Below are positions 29,976 through 40,039 of a DNA stretch of 64,000 nucleotides, in pieces. Where the stretch lies: NCBI RefSeq assembly GCF_013315695.1, contig NZ_CP054356.1. One strand, 5' to 3'. Every line of letters begins with the position of its first letter. Position 1 is the stretch's first letter. The position numbers and the translations under genes are program-made. This stretch comes from Escherichia coli. GTDB lineage: Bacteria > Pseudomonadota > Gammaproteobacteria > Enterobacterales > Enterobacteriaceae. The notes below the pieces were generated by a model. That model made no database searches and had not been told where the DNA came from. It saw only the letters and a list, made by a program, of their open reading frames with translations.

Positions 29976-31426
29976 TGGCCAGTATCAATACCATTGTGAA
30001 ACGCAAGCAGTACCTGTGGCTGGGGATTGTGGTTGTCGGTGCAGCCTCCGCGATTGGTGGGGTACTGTATCTGTCTGATGTGGACATGTCCGGTAACGGT
30101 GAGGCGGTGGCTGAACAGGAGCCTGTGCCGGATATGACAGGTGTGGTGGATACGACCTTTGATGACAAGGTGCGTCAGCATGCCACCACAGAGATGCAGG
30201 TGACGGCAGCGCAGATGCAGAAGCAGTATGAGGAAATCCGTCGTGAACTGGATGTCCTGAACAAACAGCGCGGTGATGACCAGCGTCGTATTGAAAAGCT
30301 GGGACAGGACAATGCCGCCCTGGCAGAGCAGGTAAAAGCCCTGGGTGCTAATCCCGTCACGGCGACCGGTGAGCCTGTACCTCAGATGCCTGCCTCACCG
30401 CCCGGGCCGGAAGGCGAACCACAGCCAGGAAACACCCCCGTATCCTTCCCGCCGCAGGGCAGCGTTGCTGTTCCACCGCCGACGGCGTTTTATCCCGGGA
30501 ATGGTGTCACGCCACCACCACAGGTGACGTACCAGTCTGTGCCGGTGCCTAACCGGATACAGCGTAAGGTGTTTACCCGTAATGAGGGAAAACAGGGACC
30601 ATCGCTGCCGTACATTCCGTCAGGAAGTTTTGCGAAAGCCATGCTGATTGAAGGGGCGGATGCCAATGCCTCAGTCACCGGTAATGAATCCACGGTGCCG
30701 ATGCAGTTGCGTATCACCGGCCTGGTGGAAATGCCGAACAGCAAGACGTATGACGCAACGGGATGTTTTGTGGGGCTGGAAGCCTGGGGGGATGTGTCCA
30801 GTGAACGTGCCATTGTACGCACCCGCAATATCAGTTGCCTGAAGGACGGCAAAACTATTGATATGCCGATTAAGGGGCATGTCAGCTTCCGGGGTAAAAA
30901 CGGTATCAAGGGCGAAGTGGTGATGCGTAACGGCAAAATCCTCGGCTGGGCATGGGGCGCGGGATTTGTTGACGGTATCGGTCAGGGAATGGAGCGCGCC
31001 TCCCAACCGGCTGTCGGGCTGGGTGCCACAGCCGCTTACGGGGCTGGTGATGTCCTGAAAATGGGTATCGGTGGCGGCGCATCGAAAGCCGCACAGACGC
31101 TCAGTGACTACTACATCAAACGTGCCGAACAGTATCACCCGGTGATACCGATTGGTGCGGGCAACGAAGTGACCGTGGTGTTCCAGGACGGCTTCCAGCT
31201 GAAAACCGTGGAGGAAATGGCGCTGGAGCAGTCACAGAGTACAGCGGAAGAGGGTAACCCGGAAAGCCCGGTGCCGAATCCTCCCTCGGCAGAAAGCCAC
31301 CTGAACGGTTTTAACACCGACCAGATGCTGAAACAGCTGGGCAATCTGAATCCGCAGCAGTTTATGTCCGGAGACAAGAACCCGCTGGGCGGGGATGCCG
31401 GCAAGGAGGGCGGAAATGGCGGGTGA
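29975..31426 (+). CDS. traB: Type IV secretion protein TraB (VirB10-like)
   Basis: 483 aa with Pro-rich region and VirB10-like C-terminus; order. Confidence 0.85.
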   Translation: MASINTIVKRKQYLWLGIVVVGAASAIGGVLYLSDVDMSGNGEAVAEQEPVPDMTGVVDTTFDDKVRQHATTEMQVTAAQMQKQYEEIRRELDVLNKQRGDDQRRIEKLGQDNAALAEQVKALGANPVTATGEPVPQMPASPPGPEGEPQPGNTPVSFPPQGSVAVPPPTAFYPGNGVTPPPQVTYQSVPVPNRIQRKVFTRNEGKQGPSLPYIPSGSFAKAMLIEGADANASVTGNESTVPMQLRITGLVEMPNSKTYDATGCFVGLEAWGDVSSERAIVRTRNISCLKDGKTIDMPIKGHVSFRGKNGIKGEVVMRNGKILGWAWGAGFVDGIGQGMERASQPAVGLGATAAYGAGDVLKMGIGGGASKAAQTLSDYYIKRAEQYHPVIPIGAGNEVTVVFQDGFQLKTVEEMALEQSQSTAEEGNPESPVPNPPSAESHLNGFNTDQMLKQLGNLNPQQFMSGDKNPLGGDAGKEGGNGG

Positions 31427-31982
31427 TGCACTGACATTCCGTGTGGCGTTTGTCGTTCGCTGGCTGCTGTGGGTCGTCAGGTTTGTGGTTATCTGGCCGC
31501 TGGCCACAATGGCCCTGATGGCTCTGTTTGTTTTATGGAAGGACAACACCACGCCGGGGAAATTACTGGTTAAGGAGATTAACTTCGTAAGACAAACAGC
31601 ACCTGCCGGACAGTTCCCGGTCAGTGAATGCTGGTTTTCTTCCTCTGATTCTTCAGGCAGATCAGAAATACAGGATATCTGCCATTACCGCGCGGCTGAT
31701 GCTGCAGATTATGTCAGGGAGACTGACCGGTCACTGATGCAACTGGTCACCGCATTCTGGGCAACGCTGGCACTGATGTATATGTCGTTTGCGGCAGGCA
31801 CCGGGAAATATCCGATGTGGCCCGGAAAAATGAAATGTGTCCGGGTGGGAACCGCAGATGAACATCTGAAGGAAGTTTATACGGAAGACGCTTCCCTGCC
31901 GGAAAAAATCAGGAAATGCCCTGTTTATTTCCATGATGACAGAACAAACAGAAGCAACGGAGATAAAAATGAACATGCGTAA
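31416..31982 (+). CDS. traP: Conjugal transfer protein TraP
   Basis: Order after traB; MAGDALTFRV.. start inferred (track 31395). Confidence 0.7.
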   Translation: MAGDALTFRVAFVVRWLLWVVRFVVIWPLATMALMALFVLWKDNTTPGKLLVKEINFVRQTAPAGQFPVSECWFSSSDSSGRSEIQDICHYRAADAADYVRETDRSLMQLVTAFWATLALMYMSFAAGTGKYPMWPGKMKCVRVGTADEHLKEVYTEDASLPEKIRKCPVYFHDDRTNRSNGDKNEHA

Positions 31983-32286
31983 TATTAATGTTATTACTGC
32001 CCGCGCTGTGCCGGATAAAAACGTATCAGATGATTTTATGCATGCTGTTCTCAGTAACTGCACCACAAGAATCGCACTTCCTGCGCCGAAGAAATTCAGT
32101 TCTGAATCATTGCCGCACAATTTTAATATGGCTGCTGTCGGAGTGATGAAGAAGGGTATGTCGATGAGTTTATTTTCTTCTCCGGGAAATACAGTAGTCT
32201 CCGGACAACCCTGTGCAGGAAAAACAAATCTGACAGTAGAGTTAATTTCTGCTGTTGTGGAGAGTAATAAAAAAGGAGAAGGGTAA
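31969..32286 (+). CDS. Small transfer-region protein in trbD/trbG position
   Basis: ORF between traP and traV; exact equivalence to F trbD/trbG not established. Confidence 0.5.
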   Translation: MNMRNINVITARAVPDKNVSDDFMHAVLSNCTTRIALPAPKKFSSESLPHNFNMAAVGVMKKGMSMSLFSSPGNTVVSGQPCAGKTNLTVELISAVVESNKKGEG

Positions 32287-32801
32287 TGAAACAGATTTCT
32301 TTATTTATTCCTCTGCTGGGAACCTTATTACTTTCCGGCTGTGCAGGAACGAACTCTGATTTTGAGTGTGATGCCACCACGTCAGATACCTGTATGACGA
32401 TGGAGCAGGCTAATGAGAAGGCCAAAAAACTGGAGCAGTCCTCAGAAGCAAAGCCGGTTGCGGCATCACTGCCGCGCCTGGCTGAAGGGAACTTCCGGAC
32501 CACGTCGGTGCAGGCCGTTGCGGCGACAACGCCGTCCCGCAGCAGGCCTGCGGTGACAGCACATCCGGAGCAGAAACTGCTGGCACCACGCCCGCTGTTT
32601 ACCGCTGCCCGGGAAGTGAAAACGGTTGTTCCGGTCAGTTCAGTTGCGCCGGTAACACCTCCCCGTCCGCTAAGAACGGGTGAGCAGACGGCTGCATTAT
32701 GGATAGCGCCTTATATTGATAATCAGGATGTTTATCATCAGCCATCCAGTGTGTTTTTTGTTATTAAACCGTCTGCGTGGGGAAAACCACGTATTAATTA
32801 A
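32286..32801 (+). CDS. traV: Outer-membrane lipoprotein TraV
   Basis: MKQISLFIPLLGTLLLSGCAGT.. lipobox and recalled TraV sequence. Confidence 0.92.
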   Translation: MKQISLFIPLLGTLLLSGCAGTNSDFECDATTSDTCMTMEQANEKAKKLEQSSEAKPVAASLPRLAEGNFRTTSVQAVAATTPSRSRPAVTAHPEQKLLAPRPLFTAAREVKTVVPVSSVAPVTPPRPLRTGEQTAALWIAPYIDNQDVYHQPSSVFFVIKPSAWGKPRIN

Positions 32802-32935
32802 CTGGCCCTGAAGTTGTATATCAGCCGGCAATGCCGGCGGGCTTTCTGTATTCAAAATCTGCCTGTAAAACGAGTGCCCTGTGCGTGAAAAGGGATGGGC
32901 GGTAGCGTGTCAGAACATGTCGGGAGGAATATTCC

Positions 32936-33157
32936 GTGAGTGATGAAGCCGATGAAGCATATTCAGTGACAGAACAACTGACCATGACAGGAATAAACCG
33001 GATACGCCAGAAAATAAATGTTCATGGTATTCCTGTTTATCTCTGTGAAGCATGCGGAAATCCTATTCCGGAAGCCCGGAGGAAAATATTTCCCGGTGTG
33101 ACGTTGTGCGTTGAATGTCAGGCGTATCAGGAAAGGCAGAGGAAACACTATGCATAA
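32936..33157 (+). CDS. traR: TraR (DksA-like zinc-finger protein)
   Basis: 73 aa with CEACGNPIPEARRK..CVEC four-Cys motif. Confidence 0.9.
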   Translation: MSDEADEAYSVTEQLTMTGINRIRQKINVHGIPVYLCEACGNPIPEARRKIFPGVTLCVECQAYQERQRKHYA

Positions 33158-33165
33158 ATCAGAAA

Positions 33166-33627
33166 ATGAAAAAAATAGATTTTATTCTGGATGAGCATGA
33201 GCAGATATTCAGAAAACAGGGTTCTTTGTGTATGGCACTGGGTAAGGGCTTTTTAGTTATAGCTATTCTTTGTGGTGTTGCCACATTCTGTGTTTCTGGC
33301 CTGTATCTGAAATCCCTGTGCCTGTCCGTTGCCTGCTGTTGTGGGGTATTCAGTCGTATTTTTAATTATTACAGCGTACCGGAGGAATCACGCATGGTAC
33401 TCAGTCGTCAGGAATTACTCCGGCTTATGCGTCTGACTGAAGACGTACCAGATGTGAGACAGGAACTGCTTAACCGTTTGTTGTCCGGTAAAAAACTGAC
33501 TGGTCGGGATGAACAGGATATCCGGCGTCTCTGGCAGGAGAAAGTGGATGCAATGCAGGAGTCTGCCACCCGTCAGCGTGAACAGGATACTATTCGGAAG
33601 TTTACTGAAGGGAATAAATCCGAATGA
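33166..33627 (+). CDS. Hypothetical membrane protein (accessory ORF between traR and traC)
   Basis: ATG 33166 (MKKIDFIL..), TM segment, charged C-terminus; AT-rich relative to flanking tra genes. Confidence 0.5.
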   Translation: MKKIDFILDEHEQIFRKQGSLCMALGKGFLVIAILCGVATFCVSGLYLKSLCLSVACCCGVFSRIFNYYSVPEESRMVLSRQELLRLMRLTEDVPDVRQELLNRLLSGKKLTGRDEQDIRRLWQEKVDAMQESATRQREQDTIRKFTEGNKSE

Positions 33628-33706
33628 GAATCTGCAGTGTTTTATGACCTCATAAGTTAACTGAAGGGATATTCAGTGATTAATATACAAGCGGAGATAA
33701 TAAAGA

Positions 33707-33925
33707 ATGCATACCTTTATTTTTCTTGTGCTGATAAAAAATATTAACGGTGGCGGAAGCTGGAATATTACACCCATGCCAAATACGGACGTATGCGTGC
33801 AGGTTCTTCGGACAATCGAAGCACATGGCGGCAGGGGCTTTGGAAATACAGGGGAGTGTATTGAAGTTAAAACAAATGAACCTTTGAACAGCGTGATGGA
33901 AACACTAAATGGTGGTGGGCAATGA
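33707..33925 (+). CDS. Hypothetical small protein (72 aa)
   Basis: ORF with N-terminal hydrophobic segment in traR-traC insert. Confidence 0.4.
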   Translation: MHTFIFLVLIKNINGGGSWNITPMPNTDVCVQVLRTIEAHGGRGFGNTGECIEVKTNEPLNSVMETLNGGGQ

Positions 33926-34300
33926 GTGCTTACTGCTTCGAAGGAAAATGAAATGAAGTCGATATATTTAAAATCTGTTCTGGCTTTTATATTTGTTGGC
34001 GTTATGGCTATGATTGTATGTATTCCTTTTTACATCGTTTACCTTGCGCAACAACCTGCAACACCAGAACAACTGACAGAGATTTTACAGGAAACTCCCT
34101 GTGCAGCAGAAGCATTTCAGGAGACACTTAATTATCAGTCTGAACCTTTAACACTTGGTAAGGCAAATAAAATCGCATCAGAATGCAGAAAAAGAAACGA
34201 AATGGCAGAGGTGAAACGTGTAAGAGAAAATGAGCGCAATAAGATTCGCGAAAAACAAATTCAGGCATTAAATGATGCTCATTCAGTAAAGGAACGTTAA
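33926..34300 (+). CDS. Hypothetical membrane protein (124 aa)
   Basis: ORF with TM segment and Lys/Arg/Glu-rich C-terminus in traR-traC insert. Confidence 0.45.
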   Translation: MLTASKENEMKSIYLKSVLAFIFVGVMAMIVCIPFYIVYLAQQPATPEQLTEILQETPCAAEAFQETLNYQSEPLTLGKANKIASECRKRNEMAEVKRVRENERNKIREKQIQALNDAHSVKER

Positions 34301-34425
34301 TCCTGGTTTCCTGTTAAAAGCCTCCATCTCTTATTTGTGCTGTGGTTTCAGGAATGGCACTGCGTGATATATCCACGGCCACAGACTGATATTTTCCTTT
34401 TTTAAACGCACTAAGGAATACTCAT

Positions 34426-37056
34426 ATGAGTAATAACCCACTTGAGGCCGTCACTCAGGCGGTTAACTCCCTCGTCACAGCACTGAAACTGCCTGACGAA
34501 TCCGCAAAGGCCAATGAAGTTCTGGGCGAAATGAGCTTCCCGCAGTTCAGCCGTCTGCTGCCGTACCGTGATTACAACCAGGAATCCGGTCTGTTCATGA
34601 ATGACACCACGATGGGCTTTATGCTGGAAGCCATTCCCATCAATGGGGCGAATAAGTCCATTGTGGAGGCACTCGATCACATGCTGCGCACCAAACTGCC
34701 GCGCGGTATTCCGTTGTGTATCCATCTGATGTCCAGTCAGCTGGTTGGTGACAGGATTGAATACGGGCTGCGTGAGTTCTCCTGGTCAGGTGAACAGGCT
34801 GAACGGTTTAACGCCATTACCCGTGCCTATTATATGAAAGCGGCAGCGACACAGTTCCCGCTGCCGGAGGGGATGAATCTGCCCCTGACCCTGCGCCATT
34901 ACCGGGTGTTTATCTCGTACTGTTCTCCCTCGAAGAAAAAAAGCCGGGCTGACATTCTGGAAATGGAAAATCTGGTGAAAATCATCCGTGCCTCTTTTCA
35001 CGGCGCAAAAATCACCACACAGACAGTGGATGCACAGGCTTTCATCGAGATTGTCGGGGAGATGATTAACCATAATCCGGACTCTCTGTACCCGAAAAGA
35101 CGTCAGCTGGACCCGTATTCTGATCTGAATTATCAGTGTGTGGAGGACAGTTTTGACCTGAATGTCCGGGCTGATTACCTGACGCTGGGCCTGCGTGAGA
35201 ACGGCAGGAACAGCACGGCCCGCATCCTGAATTTCCATCTGGCCCGTAACCCGGAAATCGCCTTCCTGTGGAACATGGCCGACAACTACAGCAATCTGCT
35301 GAACCCGGAAATGTCCATTTCCTGCCCGTTCATCCTGACGCTGACTCTGGTGGTGGAAGACCAGGTGAAAACCCACAGCGAAGCCAACCTGAAGTACATG
35401 GACCTGGAGAAGAAGTCGAAGACCTCCTATGCCAAATGGTTTCCGTCCGTGGAGAAAGAGGCGAAGGAGTGGGGGGAACTGCGCCAGCGGCTGGGCTCCG
35501 GCCAGTCTTCTGTCGTGTCCTACTTCCTCAACATCACAGCCTTCTGCAAGGACAATAATGAAACGGCACTGGAAGTGGAGCAGGACATCCTGAACAGCTT
35601 CCGTAAAAACGGTTTTGAGCTGATTTCACCGCGCTTTAACCACATGCGCAATTTCCTGACCTGCCTGCCCTTTATGGCCGGGAAAGGGCTGTTTAAACAG
35701 CTGAAAGAGGCCGGTGTGGTTCAGCGCGCAGAGAGCTTTAATGTGGCCAACCTGATGCCGTTAGTGGCGGATAACCCCCTGACACCGGCAGGTCTGCTGG
35801 CGCCCACCTACCGTAACCAGCTGGCGTTTATCGATATCTTCTTTAAGGGGATGAATAACACCAACTACAACATGGCGGTCTGTGGCACCTCCGGGGCCGG
35901 TAAAACCGGACTGATACAGCCACTTATCCGCAGCGTGCTGGACTCCGGGGGCTTTGCCGTGGTGTTCGACATGGGGGATGGCTACAAGTCCCTGTGTGAG
36001 AACATGGGGGGCGTATATCTGGACGGTGAAACCCTGCGTTTTAACCCGTTTGCGAACATCACCGATATCGACCAGTCAGCGGAGCGTGTCCGCGACCAGT
36101 TGTCGGTGATGGCCAGCCCCAACGGTAACCTGGATGAAGTGCATGAAGGTCTGCTGCTGCAGGCGGTCAAAGCCTCCTGGCTGGCCAAAAAGAATCAGGC
36201 GCGCATTGATGATGTGGTGAATTTCCTGAAAAACGCCAGTGACAGCGAGCAGTATGCCGGGTCACCGACCATCCGCAGCCGTCTGGATGAAATGATTGTG
36301 CTGCTTGACCAGTACACTGCCAACGGCACTTATGGCCGGTATTTTAACTCTGATGAGCCGTCCCTGCGGGATGATGCCAGAATGGTGGTGCTGGAGCTGG
36401 GTGGGCTGGAAGACCGTCCGTCCCTGCTTGTTGCGGTGATGTTCTCCCTTATTATCTACATCGAGAACAGGATGTACCGCACGCCGCGTACTCTCAAGAA
36501 ACTGAACGTCATTGATGAAGGCTGGCGTCTGCTGGACTTCAAAAATCGTAAAGTCGGTGAGTTTATTCAAAAAGGTTACCGCACCTGTCGCCGCCATACC
36601 GGTGCCTATATCACCATCACACAGAACATCGTCGACTTTGACTCTGACAAGGCCTCCAGTGCGGCCCGTGCGGCATGGGGTAACTCCTCCTACAAAATTA
36701 TCCTCAAACAGAGTGCGAAGGAGTTCGCGAAATATAACCAGTTATTCCCGGATCAGTTCCAGCCACTGCAGCGCGACATGATTGGCAAGTTTGGTGCGGC
36801 CAAAGACCAGTGGTTCAGTTCCTTCCTGCTGCAGGTGGAAAACCATTCCTCCTGGCACCGTCTGTTTGTGGACCCGTTAAGCCGCGCCATGTACAGCTCT
36901 GACGGCCCGGATTTTGAGTTTGTGCAGCAGAAACGCAGGGAGGGCCTGAGTATTCATGAGGCGGTGTGGCAGCTGGCGTGGAAGAAGTCAGGGCCGGAGA
37001 TGGCTTCGCTGGAAGCCTGGCTGGAAGAACATGAGAAATACAGGAGTGTTGCATGA
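34426..37056 (+). CDS. traC: Type IV secretion ATPase TraC (VirB4-like)
   Basis: 876 aa; Walker A GTSGAGKT; order. Confidence 0.95.
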   Translation: MSNNPLEAVTQAVNSLVTALKLPDESAKANEVLGEMSFPQFSRLLPYRDYNQESGLFMNDTTMGFMLEAIPINGANKSIVEALDHMLRTKLPRGIPLCIHLMSSQLVGDRIEYGLREFSWSGEQAERFNAITRAYYMKAAATQFPLPEGMNLPLTLRHYRVFISYCSPSKKKSRADILEMENLVKIIRASFHGAKITTQTVDAQAFIEIVGEMINHNPDSLYPKRRQLDPYSDLNYQCVEDSFDLNVRADYLTLGLRENGRNSTARILNFHLARNPEIAFLWNMADNYSNLLNPEMSISCPFILTLTLVVEDQVKTHSEANLKYMDLEKKSKTSYAKWFPSVEKEAKEWGELRQRLGSGQSSVVSYFLNITAFCKDNNETALEVEQDILNSFRKNGFELISPRFNHMRNFLTCLPFMAGKGLFKQLKEAGVVQRAESFNVANLMPLVADNPLTPAGLLAPTYRNQLAFIDIFFKGMNNTNYNMAVCGTSGAGKTGLIQPLIRSVLDSGGFAVVFDMGDGYKSLCENMGGVYLDGETLRFNPFANITDIDQSAERVRDQLSVMASPNGNLDEVHEGLLLQAVKASWLAKKNQARIDDVVNFLKNASDSEQYAGSPTIRSRLDEMIVLLDQYTANGTYGRYFNSDEPSLRDDARMVVLELGGLEDRPSLLVAVMFSLIIYIENRMYRTPRTLKKLNVIDEGWRLLDFKNRKVGEFIQKGYRTCRRHTGAYITITQNIVDFDSDKASSAARAAWGNSSYKIILKQSAKEFAKYNQLFPDQFQPLQRDMIGKFGAAKDQWFSSFLLQVENHSSWHRLFVDPLSRAMYSSDGPDFEFVQQKRREGLSIHEAVWQLAWKKSGPEMASLEAWLEEHEKYRSVA

Positions 37057-37439
37057 CCACAACGCAAAAAACGACTGATGTTACAGCCCCCCGACGCAGC
37101 CACTGGTGGTGGACGGTGCCGGGATGCCTGGCAATGGTGTTACTGAACGCAGCCGTCAGTTACGGCATTGTCAGACTGAACGCACCGGTGACTGCCGCCT
37201 TCAACATGAAACAGACTGTGGATGCATTTTTTGACAGCGCCAGTCAGAAACAACTGTCAGAAGCACAGTCAAAAGCCCTTTCAGCGCGTTTTAACACGGC
37301 ACTGGAAGCCAGCCTGCAGGCGTGGCAGCAGAAACACCACGCGGTCATTCTGGTGTCGCCTGCCGTGGTACAGGGGGCTCCGGATATCACCCGGGAAATC
37401 CAGCAGGATATTGCCCGGCGAATGAGAGCGGAACCATGA
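37053..37439 (+). CDS. trbI: Conjugal transfer protein TrbI
   Basis: Size and order. Confidence 0.8.
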   Translation: MTTTQKTTDVTAPRRSHWWWTVPGCLAMVLLNAAVSYGIVRLNAPVTAAFNMKQTVDAFFDSASQKQLSEAQSKALSARFNTALEASLQAWQQKHHAVILVSPAVVQGAPDITREIQQDIARRMRAEP

Positions 37440-38068
37440 GATGCCGGGGGCTGATTGCCCTGCTGATATGGGGGCAGAGTGTGGCCGCCGCCGATCTTGG
37501 CACCTGGGGCGATCTGTGGCCGGTAAAGGAGCCGGACATGCTGACGGTGATCATGCAGCGCCTGACGGCACTGGAGCAGTCCGGTGAGATGGGCCGGAAA
37601 ATGGATGCCTTTAAGGAGCGGGTGATCCGCAACAGTCTGCGGCCCCCTGCCGTGCCCGGTATCGGACGCACGGAGAAATACGGCAGCCGGTTGTTTGACC
37701 CGTCCGTCAGACTGGCTGCGGATATCCGGGATAACGAAGGGCGGGTGTTTGCCCGTCAGGGTGAAGTGATGAATCCGCTGCAGTATGTGCCTTTTAACCA
37801 GACGCTGTATTTCATCAATGGCGATGATCCGGCGCAGGTGGCCTGGATGAAACGCCAGACGCCGCCCACACTGGAGAGCAAAATTATCCTCGTGCAGGGC
37901 AGTATCCCGGAGATGCAGAAGTCTCTGGACAGCCGTGTTTACTTTGACCAGAACGGTGTGCTCTGCCAGCGCCTCGGCATTGATCAGGTCCCGGCACGGG
38001 TGAGCGCCGTTCCCGGCGATCGCTTCCTGAAGGTGGAATTTATTCCGGCAGAGGAGGGCAGAAAATGA
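37436..38068 (+). CDS. traW: Pilus assembly protein TraW
   Basis: ATG overlapping trbI stop (ATGA); signal peptide MRCRGLIALLIWGQSVAAA; track ORF starts upstream at 37322. Confidence 0.85.
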   Translation: MRCRGLIALLIWGQSVAAADLGTWGDLWPVKEPDMLTVIMQRLTALEQSGEMGRKMDAFKERVIRNSLRPPAVPGIGRTEKYGSRLFDPSVRLAADIRDNEGRVFARQGEVMNPLQYVPFNQTLYFINGDDPAQVAWMKRQTPPTLESKIILVQGSIPEMQKSLDSRVYFDQNGVLCQRLGIDQVPARVSAVPGDRFLKVEFIPAEEGRK

Positions 38069-39057
38069 AGCGAAGCCTGTGGCTGCTGATGTTATTCCTT
38101 CTCGCCGGTCATGTCCCTGCAGCGTCTGCGGATTCTGCCTGTGAGGGGCGTTTTGTAAACCCGATCACGGATATCTGCTGGAGCTGTATTTTCCCGCTCT
38201 CGCTGGGCAGTGTCAAAGTCAGTCAGGGTAAGGTCCCCGACACGGCGAACCCGTCGATGCCCATTCAGATTTGTCCGGCACCGCCGCCGCTGTTCAGGCG
38301 TATCGGGCTGGCCATTGGTTACTGGGAGCCGATGGCGCTGACGGACGTCACCCGGTCACCGGGATGCATGGTTAACCTGGGCTTCAGCCTGCCGGCTTTT
38401 GGTAAAACGGCACAGGGAACGGCGAAAAAGGATGAGAAGCAGGTGAACGGGGCGTTCTATCACGTTCACTGGTACAAATACCCGCTGACGTACTGGCTGA
38501 ACATCATCACATCGCTGGGCTGTCTGGAAGGTGGTGACCTGGATATCGCTTATCTTTCTGAAATTGACCCCACCTGGACGGACAGCAGCCTGACCACCAT
38601 TCTCAATCCGGAAGCTGTCATCTTTGCCAATCCGATAGCACAGGGGGCCTGTGCAGCAGATGCCATTGCCAGCGCCTTTAATATGCCTCTCGATGTTCTG
38701 TTCTGGTGTGCCGGTTCGCAGGGAAGTATGTACCCGTTCAATGGCTGGGTGAGTAATGAGTCCAGTCCGTTGCAGTCCTCCCTGCTGGTCAGTGAACGCA
38801 TGGCGTTCAAACTACACCGTCAGGGCATGATTATGGAAACCATCGGGAAAAATAACGCCGTCTGTAATGAATATCCGTCCCCAATCCTGCCCAAAGAACG
38901 CTGGCGTTATCAGATGGTGAATATGTATCCGGACAGCGGGCAGTGCCATCCGTTCGGGCGCAGTGTGATGCGCTGGGAGACGGGAAAAAATCCGCCCAAC
39001 ACAAAGAAAAACTTCGGCTACCTGATGTGGCGTAAACGTAACTGTGTATTCCTGTAA
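38065..39057 (+). CDS. traU: Pilus assembly protein TraU
   Basis: 330 aa with signal peptide; order. Confidence 0.9.
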   Translation: MKRSLWLLMLFLLAGHVPAASADSACEGRFVNPITDICWSCIFPLSLGSVKVSQGKVPDTANPSMPIQICPAPPPLFRRIGLAIGYWEPMALTDVTRSPGCMVNLGFSLPAFGKTAQGTAKKDEKQVNGAFYHVHWYKYPLTYWLNIITSLGCLEGGDLDIAYLSEIDPTWTDSSLTTILNPEAVIFANPIAQGACAADAIASAFNMPLDVLFWCAGSQGSMYPFNGWVSNESSPLQSSLLVSERMAFKLHRQGMIMETIGKNNAVCNEYPSPILPKERWRYQMVNMYPDSGQCHPFGRSVMRWETGKNPPNTKKNFGYLMWRKRNCVFL

Positions 39058-39080
39058 ATCATTTTAATGAATAAGAGGAA

Positions 39081-39392
39081 ATGAAAATGGCAACAATGGA
39101 CAGTAAATATATTCAGCACCTCAGGAAAATAAGTGCTGTGCTGCTCAGGCTGATAAGCAGAACATTAAAATTATTTCCTTTTGGTCTTGTAATGGTGCCC
39201 GTTATATTATTTTATTTTGCACCTGACAGTTTTCTCGCTGAAATTATTCATGAATGGAAGAAGGCAGATATATCAGAACAAGTGACACTTGTCAGATTAT
39301 ATCTGAAGGTGACATTTACATGTGCGTTTATGGCTGTTTTTCTCAATTATCTTTTTTCTGATGAGTTCATGCCTGTAAATAGCAGAAAGTGA
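39081..39392 (+). CDS. Hypothetical small membrane protein between traU and trbC
   Basis: 103 aa, RBS AGAGGAAATGAAA, two hydrophobic segments. Confidence 0.45.
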   Translation: MKMATMDSKYIQHLRKISAVLLRLISRTLKLFPFGLVMVPVILFYFAPDSFLAEIIHEWKKADISEQVTLVRLYLKVTFTCAFMAVFLNYLFSDEFMPVNSRK

Positions 39393-40039
39393 GAAATATC
39401 ATGAACCGGAAAATATTTGCACTTTTTGCTCTGACAGCAGGGATGCATCTTGCTGTTCATGCTTCAGAAAATGTGAACACACCTGAAAACCGCCAGTTCC
39501 TGAAGCAGCAGGAAAATTTAAGCAGACAACTGCGAGAGAAACCTGACCATCAGCTGAAAGCCTGGGCGGAGAAACAGGTGCTGGAAAACCCCCTTCAGCG
39601 TTCAGATAACCATTTTCTGGATGAGCTGGTTCGTAAACAGCAGGCTTCGCAGGACGGGAAACCCCGGCAGGGTGCCCTGTATTTTGTGTCGTTTTCCATT
39701 CCCGAAGAGGGGCTGAAACGGATGCTGGGCGAAACCCGGCACTACGGTATTCCGGCCACACTGCGGGGCATGGTGAACAATGACCTGAAGACCACCGCTG
39801 AAGCCGTGCTGTCCCTGGTGAAAGACGGCGCGACTGATGGTGTTCAGATCGACCCGACGCTGTTTTCACAGTACGGCATTCGCAGTGTACCGGCACTGGT
39901 GGTGTTCTGCAGTCAGGGATACGACATCATCCGGGGAAACCTGCGGGTCGGCCTGGCGCTGGAGAAAGTGGCCGCCACGGGTGACTGCCGGCAGGTGGCT
40001 CATGATTTACTGGCAGGGAAAGGAGATTCCGGGAAATGA
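39389..40039 (+). CDS. trbC: Pilus assembly protein TrbC
   Basis: Size, signal peptide, order. Confidence 0.85.
   Translation: MRNIMNRKIFALFALTAGMHLAVHASENVNTPENRQFLKQQENLSRQLREKPDHQLKAWAEKQVLENPLQRSDNHFLDELVRKQQASQDGKPRQGALYFVSFSIPEEGLKRMLGETRHYGIPATLRGMVNNDLKTTAEAVLSLVKDGATDGVQIDPTLFSQYGIRSVPALVVFCSQGYDIIRGNLRVGLALEKVAATGDCRQVAHDLLAGKGDSGK

Noticed and set aside
34411-36597. Minus-strand ORFs inside traC (34411-34725, 34786-35376, 36262-36597)
   Set aside because: Antisense to the strongly supported traC.
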